64,000 bases of DNA from a virus. The notes beneath the pieces were generated by a model that saw only the letters and a program-made list of their open reading frames with translations, made no database searches and was not told the DNA's origin. The stretch's first letter is position 1; each line of letters begins with the position of its first letter. Location of the stretch: the IMG/VR virus record IMGVR_UViG_3300008267_007212, one strand, 5' to 3'. This document shows positions 49,601 to 62,115 of the stretch, in pieces. Made by a program: the position numbers and the translations under genes.

Positions 49601-50128
49601 ATGGGCGCAAGCAAAAGAATTAATACTGGTAATTATACTATAACAACATTTCCCAATGATGGTAATCCTTTGGGAAATGTTGATATTACTACCAACACAT
49701 TGATGGTATATGGTAATCTCAGAGTTACCGGAACTACTACCAATGTTCAAGCATACGATACTACACTTTCTATTTTTAGATTAAATGCAAATTTAACTGT
49801 AGCAAATGCACCAGCACCTGGATTTAGCGGAATTGAAAATAACAGAGGCAGTCAACCCAGCGTTGGTTTATATTGGGACGAAGATGGAACCTTTCAAGGA
49901 CAATGGATAGCCAATAATGCTCTAGGAAATGCTGGCCCAATATTGACCAGTTATAATGTAAAAATTGATCAAACTACAAATAGTCCTACTGGAAATGTTG
50001 GGTACACAGTGGTCAGTGCTAATACAGCGGGCACTGGTGGTAGTGGATTATTTGTTAATGCTGGAACTAATTCGGCTGAATTAGTTACAACTTTGGGCGC
50101 AAAAAAATACGCAATAATTTTTGGATAA
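49601..50128 (+). CDS. Virion structural protein (fibre-like)
   Basis: GNLRVTGTTT, SGIENNRG..LYWDE; AATAAATA at 49575-49582. Confidence 0.6.
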   Translation: MGASKRINTGNYTITTFPNDGNPLGNVDITTNTLMVYGNLRVTGTTTNVQAYDTTLSIFRLNANLTVANAPAPGFSGIENNRGSQPSVGLYWDEDGTFQGQWIANNALGNAGPILTSYNVKIDQTTNSPTGNVGYTVVSANTAGTGGSGLFVNAGTNSAELVTTLGAKKYAIIFG

Positions 50129-50131
50129 ACT

Positions 50132-50443
50132 ATGTCTTTACAAAGTACTTTATTAACTACATCACCAGGAGCAGTGTTTACCAGTACTGGTAACACAGCC
50201 GCGATGACCATGTATTTTACAAACTATTCTTCAAGTAATGTAGCTGCTTTTAGCCTATGGGCAGTAAAAAGCGGTGATGTGCCTGAAAATAAAAATATTT
50301 TATATGTTAATGTAACTGTTCAACCTGGGGATACATATTTGGCTAGTACAGAAAGGTTGTTATTAGATAATAATGATGAACTTTATGCTAATACCACAGC
50401 AAACAGTACCATGTCAACGACTTTAACTTATACAAACATATAA
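50132..50443 (+). CDS. Small structural/adaptor protein, paralogue of 51749-52081
   Basis: 103 aa; NVTVQPGDT...ERLLLDNNDELYA. Confidence 0.55.
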   Translation: MSLQSTLLTTSPGAVFTSTGNTAAMTMYFTNYSSSNVAAFSLWAVKSGDVPENKNILYVNVTVQPGDTYLASTERLLLDNNDELYANTTANSTMSTTLTYTNI

Positions 50444-50456
50444 AAGATTTAAGACC

Positions 50457-51743
50457 ATGGGACAATTAATTAAGAATACCGAGTTAGATGTTAACACAAT
50501 AAATGCAGCGGTGTTGACTGCAAATAATAGTCCCGTATTGACTGTGGCTAACAGTACTTTTGACAATGTAATTTATGTAGCAAAAAACGGAAATGATTCT
50601 AATGACGGTAGAAGTTTAGCCACACCAAAACTTACTATTGCTGGAGCTATGGCCATAGCTACATCAGGTACTGCGGTTAAAGTTGCTAGCGGATCTTATA
50701 CTGAAGCTATGCCTTTTATAATTCCTGCTAATGTCGCATTATTGGGCGACGATCTTCGTAGTGTATTTGTTCAACCGGCTGGTGGAACAGGTGACATGTT
50801 CTATATGAAAGGCGGCAGTTACGTTTGGGGTATCACTGTTAGAAACTATACAGGAAAAGCATTTAGCTTCCCTCCTGATTTATCAGCAGGAGAAATTTTT
50901 GTAAGCCCCTACATTCAAAATGTAACAAGTTTTACAACTACCGGTACTACAGTATATATCGACGGAGACTTAGTGCCTGGAACAAATTCTACTAGAGCAT
51001 TTATTTTAGGATTTATTACCAATATTAACCGCGGTGGATACGGACTAGTAATGGTGAACAGATCCTACAGTCAAGCAGTTAACGTTTATACCATTGCCTG
51101 CGAAACTGGAATTTGGGTGCAATCGGGCAGTTTCTTAACATTGAACGGCAGCGATTGTGGAATCGGTAATGTTGGATTAAAGGCAGAAGGTTTTAGTTCT
51201 CAGTTTACTGGTAATGTATTAGGTAATATTCAAGTAGGGGAAACTTCTTGCAACATTGCTTTTGTGTCAAATCCTCCAAGAACAAATAATGGGTTGTTAT
51301 TCGATGGCGATCCCAATATGTATTTTATTACCACATTTAGTAACATTACTGCTATAGTTGGAAATACTTATGGTAATGTATGGAATGTGAATATTTCGGC
51401 TAGATTTAGCACCAATACCGGAAATGTTATTTCAGATGGTACTGGAGTAGATGGATATCAAGTAAGCACTATCAGCGCCAGTGCTCATACGTTTGAGTAT
51501 GTGGGGGCAGGTACTAATCCAGCAAATGCATTACCTCAGTACGGGGGTATACCTATCCCAGAACGCGAAGTAGTAGAATTAAATTATGGTAGAGTTAATT
51601 GGACTAGCACAGATCAAAAAGGCGATTTTAGAATAGGTCCCGGCCTTGCGGTAGTTAGGGCTACCGGAACAATCGAGGGAGATGATTTTAATCGAAGCTT
51701 ATTCGCAGTCATGACCCCGTATATTCTATCAATTGAAGGATAA
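50457..51743 (+). CDS. Pectin-lyase-fold (beta-helix) virion protein
   Basis: IYVAKNGNDSNDG.S...PKLTI..A, V.SGSYTE..P, GDDLRSV, SPYIQN, HTFEYVGAG, STDQKGDFRIG. Confidence 0.7.
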   Translation: MGQLIKNTELDVNTINAAVLTANNSPVLTVANSTFDNVIYVAKNGNDSNDGRSLATPKLTIAGAMAIATSGTAVKVASGSYTEAMPFIIPANVALLGDDLRSVFVQPAGGTGDMFYMKGGSYVWGITVRNYTGKAFSFPPDLSAGEIFVSPYIQNVTSFTTTGTTVYIDGDLVPGTNSTRAFILGFITNINRGGYGLVMVNRSYSQAVNVYTIACETGIWVQSGSFLTLNGSDCGIGNVGLKAEGFSSQFTGNVLGNIQVGETSCNIAFVSNPPRTNNGLLFDGDPNMYFITTFSNITAIVGNTYGNVWNVNISARFSTNTGNVISDGTGVDGYQVSTISASAHTFEYVGAGTNPANALPQYGGIPIPEREVVELNYGRVNWTSTDQKGDFRIGPGLAVVRATGTIEGDDFNRSLFAVMTPYILSIEG

Positions 51744-51748
51744 TAAAA

Positions 51749-52081
51749 ATGGCAACACCTATTAATACGTTTAAAACAGTAACAGCAAATCTTACAACAT
51801 CAGGCAATAATATAATGTACACTGCACCCCCTATTACGTCTACAATTGTATTAATGGCACAGGTAACAAATGTTGGAAATTCAACAGAGGAAGTTACTGC
51901 AAGTCATTATGATGGTACTAGTGTGACCACTGAGTTAGTGAAGAATTTTTCTGTGCCGGTAGCAGATGCAGTTGGTGTTCTTGTGGGAAAATTAGTTTTA
52001 ACGGCAGGTCAAAGTTTTCTAGCTTCAGCTAGTGCCAATTCTGCTCTTAAGTTAACTTTAAGTTTATTAGAAACAAAGTAA
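51749..52081 (+). CDS. Small structural/adaptor protein, paralogue of 50132-50443
   Basis: 110 aa; KNFSVPVAD...GKLVLTAGQSF.A. Confidence 0.55.
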   Translation: MATPINTFKTVTANLTTSGNNIMYTAPPITSTIVLMAQVTNVGNSTEEVTASHYDGTSVTTELVKNFSVPVADAVGVLVGKLVLTAGQSFLASASANSALKLTLSLLETK

Positions 52082-52084
52082 AAT

Positions 52085-55000
52085 ATGTCTAAAAAGATAA
52101 GTGACAACATCATAAGCGGACGAGTTCCGAAAACACCGAGTGCTAATGCTGATCCTGGTAGATATACATACTTAAATCTGCAAAACGCAGAACCAGATTT
52201 GGGTTTACCAGCGGGCAATGCTTATGTATTAACAGGCAATGTTGATGGCGCACGTATTTGGGCTAACATAGCAGATCTTATCAGTGAAGGCGGGGGGTTG
52301 TCCGGTAACATTAATGTTAACGGTGGTGGATCATTTGGTGGCAATGTAGAAGCCAACGGCAGTGGTCTATTTGGTGGCAATGTAGAAGCTAACGGCAGTG
52401 GTCTATTTGGTGGTAATGTAGAAGCCAATGGTTCTGGATCATTTGGTGGCAATCTTAATGTTAACGGTTCCGGATCATTTGGCGGAAACGTCAGCGCCAA
52501 CGGAGACGGAAACTTTGGCGGAAACATTAATGCCAATGGAGATGCTAGGATTGGCGGAAACATCAGCGCCAACGGAGACGGAGTATTTGGCGGAAATGTT
52601 ACAGCCAACGGAGACGGAAACTTTGGCGGAAATATTAATGCCAATGGTGATGGAAATTTTGGTGGTAATGTAAACGCCAATGGTGATGGAAATTTTGGTG
52701 GTAATGTAAACGCCAATGGTGATGGAAATTTCGGCGGCAATTTAAATGTAAACGGTAGTGCATTTTTTGGTAATGATGTTATTGTTACTGGTAACTTAAC
52801 TGCCAACGGATTAACTGTAAATTACAGTGGTACTTTTGGTACTACCTTATGGGCTGGTGGCGGTATACAAAATACCGTTTTAGGTAACTTACAACCTATT
52901 CCTGGTGCAAATGTAAATGTAGCAAATATAGGCGGGATTCAATACACTGGTAATACTATTTCGAGCTTGGACACTACTGCTAATATTGAGCTAGCTCCAG
53001 GAGTTGCAAAATTAGTCAATATTCAAACAGTGGGAGCATTGGGTCTTCCTGCAGGTAGTACAGGTGATAGATCAAGTATCACAACACCAGGTGCAGTAAG
53101 GTACAACAGCGATACAACTGTAGTTGAATACTATAATGGCACTCAGTGGATTCCTGTATCTGGTTTAGTAACAGAACAAAATATACAAGGCAACGGTGCT
53201 GCATCGTATCCGTTAATTGCAGAAACTGCTACCGCTGCAGGTATTTTAGCTATTCAGGGCGGAATACGATTCTTAGTGCCAAATGTCGATTATACTGTTA
53301 CTACAAACGTAATTACTTTTGCATCTAACTTATATGTGTCAGATTCGAACGTCGATATTAGATTTTTGAGCGCAGGTCAGACTACTGTTATTGCCAGCGC
53401 AGCAGGTGCAAACACTCAAGTAATGTTTAACGATGCTGGTGTTTTGGGAGGATCTACTGGATTAACCTTTCAAAAACCTGCAAACTTATTAACAGTCAGC
53501 GGGAATGTTGACGCAAATTATTTCTTAGGAAACGGTGCTTTACTGTCTGGATTGCCAGGCGGAACCAGTTTAATTAACGGTAACAGTAATGTTGTTGTTT
53601 ACAATAACGGTAATGTAACAACTAGTATTCGAGGAACATCTAATGTTGTTGTAGTCAGTGCAAATGGAATTTTTGCCACTGATTATTTTTATTCCAATGG
53701 GGTTAGATCAGTTGGTCCACAAGGTCCCAGAGGACCACAAGGACCACAAGGACCTTCTGGAGTGTCTGGCCCACAAGGAGTTCAAGGAGCACAAGGACCG
53801 CAAGGACCTTCGGGTGTTCAAGGACCACAAGGGCCAATCGGCCCACAGGGACCACAAGGACCTTCGGGTGTTCAAGGACCGCAAGGCGTTGAAGGTGTTC
53901 AAGGACCGCAAGGACCGCAAGGACCGATTGGACCACAAGGACCTAGGGGCCCACAAGGAATAGGAACACAAGGACCACAAGGACCACAAGGTGTAGTAGG
54001 AACACAAGGACCACAAGGACCACAAGGCATAGGAGTGCAAGGACCACAAGGCCCGGCTGGTACTCAAGGCCCTAGGGGTCTTCAAGGACCACAAGGACCA
54101 ACAGGAGAAACTGGAGTTGGTACTCAAGGACCAACCGGTATTCAAGGACCACAAGGACCACAAGGACCAATTGGTAACTTAGGGGCGCAGGGACCACAAG
54201 GACCTTCAGGGCCACAAGGACCTGGCGGCACTGGGCCACAAGGTCCACAAGGTCCACGCGGACCACAAGGTCCATCTGGACCAGATGGTGCTGCTAGTAG
54301 TGTTCCGGGTCCGGAGGGAGCTCAGGGGCCACAAGGACCACAAGGAGTAGGCGCTCAGGGGCCACAAGGTCCACAAGGGGTCCAAGGCGCACAAGGGCCA
54401 CAAGGGCCACAAGGACCACAAGGACCACAAGGACCAAGTGGTGTGCAAGGACCGCAAGGATTAGCAGGAGACAAATATACAACTACTAGTAGTACAAGTC
54501 TTACAATTGGCACAGGAAGTAAAATTTTAACTGTTGAAACAGGATTAAGTCTTGCAGTTGGGCAGACAGTTAATATTGCCTACGACGGTAGTAATTTTAT
54601 GCAAGGCACAGTCACTGCATATGATTCGGGTACTGGGTCACTGACTGTAAATGTAACATCTACAACAGGATCTGGCACTTATGCAGCTTGGACCATATCA
54701 TTAACCGGTGCGCCAGGTCCGTCGGGTCCAACAGGCCCACAAGGTGTACAAGGACCACAAGGACCACAGGGAATTCAGGGACCACAAGGTCCACAGGGAC
54801 CTCAGGGAATTCAGGGACCACAGGGACCTCAGGGAATTCAGGGACCACAGGGACCTCAGGGAATTCAGGGACCACAAGGACCACAAGGACCACAAGGACC
54901 ACAAGGTGAACAAGGAATTCAAGGATCGCAAGGACCGCAAGGACCGCAAGGAATTGGTGGCCAGACTGGATCAGGATATGCAAATTTAACTTCTACTAGT

Positions 55001-57112
55001 TCGGTATCGGTAGGCCTAGGAACCAAAACTTTTACTACTTCGGCAGCAAGTACTACAGTAGCATTTGGGGTCGGTCAACGAGTTAGAGTAAGTTATACAA
55101 CAACACCAACCATTTATATGGAAGGATTAATAACTTCTTTTAGTGGTACTACTTTAGTTATTAATTCTGACTATATTGCAGGATCAGGTACATACAATTC
55201 TTGGGCATTTTCTGCTACAGGGGACGTTGGATCACAAGGACCACAGGGACCAACAGGCCCACAAGGTGCAAGAGGACCACAAGGACCACAGGGACCACAG
55301 GGACCACAGGGACCAAGTGGGCCGCAAGGTGTGGGCACTCAAGGACCGCAAGGTCCAAGCGGCGATAGATACCAAACTACTAGTAGTTCAACTTTGGCTA
55401 TATCTACTGGATCTAAGACATTAACCATAGGAACTGGTTTAGCTTATTCTCCAGGTCAACCTATTATTATTGCTACTGATAGTACTAATTTTATGAGAGG
55501 CTCTGTTACTTCTTATGATAGTGGAACAGGTTCTTTAGTAGCAGATATCACTGAAACTGGTGGTAGCGGTACTTATGCAAGTTGGACTGTAAACATTAAT
55601 GGAGCACCTGGTCCACAGGGTCCACAGGGAGTTCAAGGACCACGAGGACCACAAGGTCCACAGGGCCCAATTGGAAATACAGGAATCCAAGGACCACAAG
55701 GACCACAAGGACCAACTGGCCCACAAGGTCCAACTGGACCTGGAGACAAATATAACACCACAAGTTCTACATCTTTAGCAATTGGAACAGGGTCTAAGAC
55801 TTTAACAGTTCAAACAGGACTAGCATATTCAACAGGACAGACTGTATTAATAAGTTTTGATAGTTCTAATTATATGATTGGAACAGTAACTAGTTATACC
55901 ACTGGAACTGGTGTATTAGTAGTTAATGTAGATTCTGCATTTGGATCAGGCACTTATAGTTCTTGGTCCGTTAACTTAAATGGTGCAGTGGGTGCATCTG
56001 GGCCACAAGGACCACAAGGACCGTCTGGACCACAGGGACCACAGGGACCACGTGGACCACAGGGACCACAGGGACCACAAGGCGTTGGTACACAGGGACC
56101 ACAGGGACCACAAGGAAGTGGTCCTCAAGGACCACAGGGTCCAAGCGGACCACAGGGTCCACAAGGTCCAAGCGGTCCTGCTAGCACTACTGGAGGTCCA
56201 CAAGGCCCACAAGGACCACAAGGTCAAGGAGTTCAAGGTCCACAAGGTCCACAAGGAAGTGGTCCTCAAGGACCACAAGGTCCACAAGGTCCACAAGGTC
56301 CACAAGGTCCGCGCGGCCCAATTGGCAATCCTGGCCCGCAAGGACCACAGGGAGTTGGTGTTCAAGGACCACAAGGTCCACAAGGTCCACAAGGGCCACG
56401 TGGCCCAGCTGGAGCCGATAGTAGTGTAGCAGGACCCCAAGGTCCACAAGGACCACAAGGACCAACTGGCCCACGTGGGCCAACTGGCCCACAAGGACCA
56501 ACTGGCCCACAAGGACCACAAGGCTCTGCTGGACCGTCAACTACAATTAATGCTACTGATACTGCTTCCGCTAGCACATTTTATCCAGTATTCGTTGCAG
56601 CCGTAGGATCAAATCAGACAGCTTTTGCAGATGACCCTGGATTGAGATATACTCCGTCAACAGCAACTTTAACCACTACAAATTTTGCTGGCACGGCAAC
56701 TTCTGCACTATACGCTGACCTTGCAGAAATATATAAAACTGATGCAAAATATCAAACTGGAACAGTAATGGTGTTTGACGGGGAGCAAGAAGTTACTATT
56801 AGTAACAACTACATGAGTACAAAAGTTGCTGGAGTGATCTCAGAAAAACCTGCTTATTTGATGAATTCAAATTTACAGTCTGAATTTACAGCAATAATTG
56901 CACTTCAAGGACGAGTTCCGGCTAAGGTTCTGGGCCCAGTTGGCAAAGGCGATATGTTAGTCACTGCTCCAGACGGTCACGTAACTGCATGTAGTTCTCC
57001 TATTGTTGGTAGTGTGGTGGGCAAATCATTGGAAAACTTTACAGCAACCGACGATCTTCCTGCTACTATACTTGAAATAGTTGTAAATAGTTGTTGGCAG
57101 AACATAATATAG
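52085..57112 (+). CDS. Collagen-like long fibre protein with C-terminal chaperone (Peptidase_G2-like) domain
   Basis: 13 x 12-aa repeats, five GPQ collagen segments separated by four ~80-aa repeats, C-terminal YADLAEIY...GRVPAKV..KGDMLV. Confidence 0.8.
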   Translation: MSKKISDNIISGRVPKTPSANADPGRYTYLNLQNAEPDLGLPAGNAYVLTGNVDGARIWANIADLISEGGGLSGNINVNGGGSFGGNVEANGSGLFGGNVEANGSGLFGGNVEANGSGSFGGNLNVNGSGSFGGNVSANGDGNFGGNINANGDARIGGNISANGDGVFGGNVTANGDGNFGGNINANGDGNFGGNVNANGDGNFGGNVNANGDGNFGGNLNVNGSAFFGNDVIVTGNLTANGLTVNYSGTFGTTLWAGGGIQNTVLGNLQPIPGANVNVANIGGIQYTGNTISSLDTTANIELAPGVAKLVNIQTVGALGLPAGSTGDRSSITTPGAVRYNSDTTVVEYYNGTQWIPVSGLVTEQNIQGNGAASYPLIAETATAAGILAIQGGIRFLVPNVDYTVTTNVITFASNLYVSDSNVDIRFLSAGQTTVIASAAGANTQVMFNDAGVLGGSTGLTFQKPANLLTVSGNVDANYFLGNGALLSGLPGGTSLINGNSNVVVYNNGNVTTSIRGTSNVVVVSANGIFATDYFYSNGVRSVGPQGPRGPQGPQGPSGVSGPQGVQGAQGPQGPSGVQGPQGPIGPQGPQGPSGVQGPQGVEGVQGPQGPQGPIGPQGPRGPQGIGTQGPQGPQGVVGTQGPQGPQGIGVQGPQGPAGTQGPRGLQGPQGPTGETGVGTQGPTGIQGPQGPQGPIGNLGAQGPQGPSGPQGPGGTGPQGPQGPRGPQGPSGPDGAASSVPGPEGAQGPQGPQGVGAQGPQGPQGVQGAQGPQGPQGPQGPQGPSGVQGPQGLAGDKYTTTSSTSLTIGTGSKILTVETGLSLAVGQTVNIAYDGSNFMQGTVTAYDSGTGSLTVNVTSTTGSGTYAAWTISLTGAPGPSGPTGPQGVQGPQGPQGIQGPQGPQGPQGIQGPQGPQGIQGPQGPQGIQGPQGPQGPQGPQGEQGIQGSQGPQGPQGIGGQTGSGYANLTSTSSVSVGLGTKTFTTSAASTTVAFGVGQRVRVSYTTTPTIYMEGLITSFSGTTLVINSDYIAGSGTYNSWAFSATGDVGSQGPQGPTGPQGARGPQGPQGPQGPQGPSGPQGVGTQGPQGPSGDRYQTTSSSTLAISTGSKTLTIGTGLAYSPGQPIIIATDSTNFMRGSVTSYDSGTGSLVADITETGGSGTYASWTVNINGAPGPQGPQGVQGPRGPQGPQGPIGNTGIQGPQGPQGPTGPQGPTGPGDKYNTTSSTSLAIGTGSKTLTVQTGLAYSTGQTVLISFDSSNYMIGTVTSYTTGTGVLVVNVDSAFGSGTYSSWSVNLNGAVGASGPQGPQGPSGPQGPQGPRGPQGPQGPQGVGTQGPQGPQGSGPQGPQGPSGPQGPQGPSGPASTTGGPQGPQGPQGQGVQGPQGPQGSGPQGPQGPQGPQGPQGPRGPIGNPGPQGPQGVGVQGPQGPQGPQGPRGPAGADSSVAGPQGPQGPQGPTGPRGPTGPQGPTGPQGPQGSAGPSTTINATDTASASTFYPVFVAAVGSNQTAFADDPGLRYTPSTATLTTTNFAGTATSALYADLAEIYKTDAKYQTGTVMVFDGEQEVTISNNYMSTKVAGVISEKPAYLMNSNLQSEFTAIIALQGRVPAKVLGPVGKGDMLVTAPDGHVTACSSPIVGSVVGKSLENFTATDDLPATILEIVVNSCWQNII
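52304..52771 (+). repeat. 13 tandem 36-bp coding repeats (GN[VIL]x[AV]NGxxxFG)
   Basis: Counted directly in the translation. Confidence 0.85.
53714..56537 (+). repeat. Collagen Gly-Pro-Gln repeats (9-bp GGACCACAA unit) interrupted by four globular repeats
   Basis: Directly visible in DNA and protein; boundaries approximate. Confidence 0.9.
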
Positions 57113-57135
57113 GTAAAGCGGTCATCCGCTTTACC
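57112..57135. terminator. Perfect 10-bp hairpin, probable terminator or processing site
   Basis: GGTAAAGCGG-TCAT-CCGCTTTACC directly after the fibre gene; no T-tail. Confidence 0.55.
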
Positions 57136-57189
57136 GAAATGTACTATATTCGGTTTTAACTAAATACTTAAAATCGGAAAAAGTACGGG

Positions 57190-60100
57190 ATGTCACAACA
57201 AATAATAAATTTGGGCTCGGGCCCAGACACTCAGACTGGCGACACAATAAGTGTTGCTTTTACAAAAGTTAACGAAAATTTTACCGAATTATACTCTGTA
57301 TTTGATGGTAATGGCATAACCACCATAAATGCCAACGTTATTTTTGCCAACAATATAGTTACTTCTACTAATGTAAGAACAGGAAATTTATTTGCATACG
57401 GTAACATCGAATCAATTGGGTATGTTATCACAGCGGGCGCATTTTATCCTAATGGTATACCGATTGGTAGTACCGAATCTATAAATTCAAATTTAATACC
57501 AACAGTTTCGAATGTATATACGTTGGGTAACGTTACTCAGCAATTCAGTCAAGCATATATAGGCTCAAATTTAACACTGGCTGGAGCAAATCTTACAGTA
57601 ATCAACGGCAATTTATATATTAATGGCAGCAGTATCGTTGGAAATTATGGAAATTCTAATGTAGCAGGATACTTGCCTTCGTATACAGGTAATTTAGGCG
57701 GAACTATTACAACCGCAAATCAACCAAATATTACCACTGTGGGTATTCTGACAGCTTTGGGTGTTAGTGGTTGGTAATCTCGTAGTTGGTGGAAATCTTA
57801 GAGTTGAAGGTAATGTCACTTATTTTAATGTTGAAAATTTAACCACAGAAGACCCTATTATTAATTTAAATACTGGAGCTAATGGAGCTCCGCTGTCGTT
57901 TAACAATGGTTACGATTCTGGTGTTAAAACAAACTATTATAGTTCAGGCAGCAGATCTGCATTTTTTGGTAGAATAGACAGTTCTGGATTTTTTGAATAC
58001 TATTCCAATGTAACTGCTGAAATCGGAAATATTGTTTCTGGCACTTATGGAACAATTAAATCCGCTAATTTAATTTTAACCGATTCTGCTAATATTGCAG
58101 GCAATGTTACAGGTAATTATTTTTTAGGAAACGGTCGTTTCTTAAGCGGAATAGATGCAACCAGTATTCAAAATGGAAACAGCAACGTAAAAGTTTATGC
58201 AAATGGCAATGTTAGCGTAACCACCGCAGGAACTAATACTTGGAATTTTGACACTGCTGGCCAATTAACTGTGCCCGGAGCAATAATTACAGCAAGCGCC
58301 AGTAAGTTGGATCTTGTGGGCTTTGGTCCTAACACAGCATACTTAACAACCACAGCAGATGATAGTACAGCATTGTATATGGGTGCAGCCGTTGTTGATT
58401 TACGTGCTCTTGACAGTATTAGTATTACCACTAACACTGATGAAACTACGTATCTATGGACCTTTGCCGCAGATGGTAATTTAACTGCACCTGGAAATAT
58501 TGGTGTCGCAGGTAATGTAAGCGCACCATATTTTACTGGCAACTTTAGTGGTAATTTTACTGGCAACTTCACTGGCACTGCGGCAAACACTCAGGTATTA
58601 TTCAGCGATGATAATTCGATTAACGGCACCAGCGGATTTACTTTTGATAAAGCGACTAATTTAGTTACTATTGGGGGTACAGTAAGTTCGTTGGCTGTTA
58701 ACGTAGCCGGATATACTGTTATAGATTCAAATGGCAATGTTGTTACAGCACGTTTAGAAAATAGCGGAGTAACAGCAGGCACATATGGCAATGCTAGTGC
58801 TGTGCCAGTAATCACTGTTGATGATAAAGGGCGTGTTACCGTTCTGACTACTACAGCAGTAGCAGGCGTCGATAATGTAACGTATGATAATGCAACAAGT
58901 AATCTAACAATCTTTACCAGTGCTGGCACAAACTATTCAGTTGATATTGGTGTAGGAACGGCAGATAGTCCAATTTTCAGTGGATTATCTGTTTCAGGAA
59001 ATGCAACAGTAAATGCACTAACAGTTAATACTAATGCAACTGTTACCGGTACGCTGAGTGCAGCTGGCGGCTTACAAAATACACCAATTGGCAATATAAC
59101 GCCTAGTACGGCAATATTTACAAGTGAAAGTGTAAGTGGTAATAGCACAGTAAATGCTTTAACAGTTAATGCCAGTGCTACTGTGGGAACAACACTAGGT
59201 GTAACAGGCAATATAAGCGGAAATGGCATTACCTTAACCGGTTCGTTGGTAGCAAGTGGATCTGGTGATTTTGATGGAGGACTACAAAGTACACCGATTG
59301 GTAATGCAGCAGCCAGCACAGGTCAATTTACCACTGTAAGTGCCACAGGTAATATTACTGGTGCTGCATTAACTAGTAACTCTTCGATTACTGCAATAAC
59401 TACTCTGAGTGCAGCAGGCGGCTTACAAAATACCATAATAGGTAACGTTACGCCAAGTAGTGCTACGTTTACTTCAATAAGTGTTAGTGGCAATATTACA
59501 GCTAATGCATTAACAGTTAATAATTCAACTACTATTGGTTCTACATTAGATGTCACAGGAAACATTGTAGGCGCAAATATCGTAGTAGTCAACGGGGTAT
59601 TTGACAAAGTAGAATCTGCAACCATTGGTAATACTGGAACAAATTATACAGGCAGTACATATACTGCTACTGGCACATTTAACGGTCCACACAATGGGAC
59701 GTTGGGCAGTGCAGGCGGAAATACTGCAATAGTTAGTACGTTAAGTGCAACAGGCGCAGCCACAGTCGACAGTTTACAAGTTAATAATGGAGTTACAGTT
59801 GGTTCAACGTTAACTGTAAGTAGTCTAGCAACTTTAAACAGTCTTTATGTAAATACTAGCTCTACTTTAGCAGGTAATTTAACAGTTGTTGGCAACTTGG
59901 TTGTCACCGGTAATGTTATCGCATCAGGCTCAAATAATACATTTTTCACTGACAGTATTATTGAATTACATACTTTACCAAATTTAGCTAATTTAACATT
60001 TGATGACGGTAAAGATATAGGTATACGTTTTCACTACTATAAAACACAAAATAGCAATGCATTCTTAGGCTGGCAAAATCAAACAGGATATTTAGAATGG

Positions 60101-61868
60101 ATAGGATCAGGTGCCACAGAAGACATTAATGCAAATATTATTACTGGTAGTTTTGGAACAATTAAATCTGGTGAATTAATATTAGCAAATGCTACTCCGA
60201 GTACAAGTCTTGGAACAGGTGCATTACAAGCAAATGGTGGAGCATCATTTGGCGGCAATGTGTATGCAAACGGTGTGGCATATTTTGGTAACGCAACCGC
60301 CATAGAATTAACTCATCCATTAATAGTTGCTACTACCACAGCCAATACTTACGCTCAAATACAAATACAAAATCAAAGTACTGGCGGAGCAGCAAGTTCA
60401 GATTTTATAGCCACAGCTGACGACGGTACCGATACTACCAGATATATCGACATGGGTATCAATGGTAGTGGATGGAATCAATCTACTTGGACTATATCAG
60501 GTCCACGCGACGGATATTTGTATACCAGTGGCGTAAATTTAACAATTGGCACAGACACAGTTGGTAAAACTCTTAAAATTCACACAGGCGGATTATTGGC
60601 TGCTTGCGTGGTTGCTACATTTAATGATGCAGGTACAGTAAGTTCATCATCGAGTACCGATTGGTTCAACACTGGGCGTAACTGGTAATATTAACGGATC
60701 TGAGTTAACACTATCAGGGTCAATGGTCAGCACTGGTCCTGCACAACATCTGGGCGGTTTGCAAGCTACTCCAATTGGTAATGCCACTGCCAGCACAGGC
60801 CAATTTACCACATTAAGTGCCACAGGTAATATTACTGGTGCTGCGTTAACTAGCAACTCTTCGATTACAGCAATTACATCATTGAGTGCTTTGGGTGGTA
60901 TACAAAATACACCGATTGGTAATGTAACACCGAGCACTGCTATATTCACCAGTGAGTCTGTATCTGGTAATAGTATAGTAAATGCATTAACTGTTAATAA
61001 CAGTGCTACAATTGGAACCACACTAGGTGTAACAGGCAATATTAACGGTAATGGTATTACTTTAACCGGTTCGTTGGTAGCATCAGGATCCGGTGATTTT
61101 GACGGCGGTCTACAAAGCACACCAATTGGTAATGCAAGTGCTAGCACAGGTCAATTTACTACTGTAAGTGCCACAGGAAATATCACTGGTGCTGCTTTAA
61201 CCGCAAATGGATCAATTACTGCTGGAACAACATTAAGTGCCCTTGGTGGTATACAAAATACACCTATTGGTAATGTAACACAAAATTCTGGCGCATTTAC
61301 TACCGTTCAAGCTGCGACTTTTGGAAACAGTGGAGCAGTATTTACAGGAACAACGTACACCGCAAGCGGATCATTTAACGGTCCGCATAATGGCACATTA
61401 GGCAGTGCAGGCGGAAATACTGCAATTGTAAGCACGTTAAGCGCAACTGGAAATGCCACAGTAAGTGCATTAACGGTAAATGCCAGTGCAACAATCGGAA
61501 CTACGCTAGGAGTCACAGGAAACGCCACAGTGGGCAACATTTTGGCCACTGGATTTTATTTTGCCAATGGAACTCCATTAACAACTAGTGCAGGCGGTAC
61601 CAACGGTCAACTACAATTTAACAGCAATAGTTCATTTGCTGGAGCAACATACCTAACATATCAAAGTGGCAACGGAAGAATTATAGCTAACAGTGGTATC
61701 ACTAGTACCAGTAATGTGTCAGGTGCCATTGTTGTTTCGGGCGGAGTTGGTGTTACTGGCAATGTGTATGTCAGTCAACGAGTTGGTTTTGTTGCCGCAA
61801 ACAGTGTGAGTGCTGTGTACCAAATTTATAATGCTGCCACTAATAGTTTAGACACGGTTTTTGAATAA
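57190..61868 (+). pseudogene. One long fibre gene (~1557 aa if repaired) split into ORFs 57190-57777, 57761-60688 and 60723-61868 by two frameshifts (real or assembly error)
   Basis: gp9/gp10-like N-terminus (INLGSGPD..TGD....AFTKVNENFTELY); TGGT duplication at 57768-57775; frame break at 60659; shared GGLQxTPIGN repeats across the pieces. Confidence 0.7.
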
Positions 61869-62095
61869 TGGCAATAATAGCATCTAGATTAATTAACACT
61901 GGTATATTATCAATCAGCGGGGAATTAGATGAAGTAACCCTGTCTGTAATTAAGTTAACACCTAACAATCTGTTTGCAGCAGAGTTTGACGAAGTATCGA
62001 TAAACCCAATTTCGAATGGAGTGGCAAAAAGAGAAACGTTTGACGGAAAACTATTGGTGTCTAATTACTTCGATGAGGTTGATAAACCCGTTTAA
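61868..62095 (+). CDS. Small hypothetical structural protein (three xDEV motifs)
   Basis: 75 aa, TAATG stop/start overlap with the upstream gene. Confidence 0.6.
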   Translation: MAIIASRLINTGILSISGELDEVTLSVIKLTPNNLFAAEFDEVSINPISNGVAKRETFDGKLLVSNYFDEVDKPV

Positions 62096-62115
62096 ATGAC
62101 TGAATAAATACAACT

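Noticed and set aside
52304-52771. 36-bp periodic repeats suggestive of a CRISPR array
   Set aside because: In-frame coding repeats with synonymous variation, no unique spacers and no cas genes
53658-56577. Many overlapping alternative-frame and antisense ORFs (WSL, DHK, LVV repeats); likewise at 62894-63888
   Set aside because: Shadows of the 9-bp collagen repeat, which lacks stops in other frames
59065-61260. Duplicated blocks as a possible DGR template/variable repeat pair
   Set aside because: Differences are mostly synonymous and not adenine-specific; no reverse transcriptase in the window
58195-61549. Antisense ORFs over fibre genes (also 7569-13124, 44009-44443, 52222-52806)
   Set aside because: Antisense shadows caused by biased codon use of real genes
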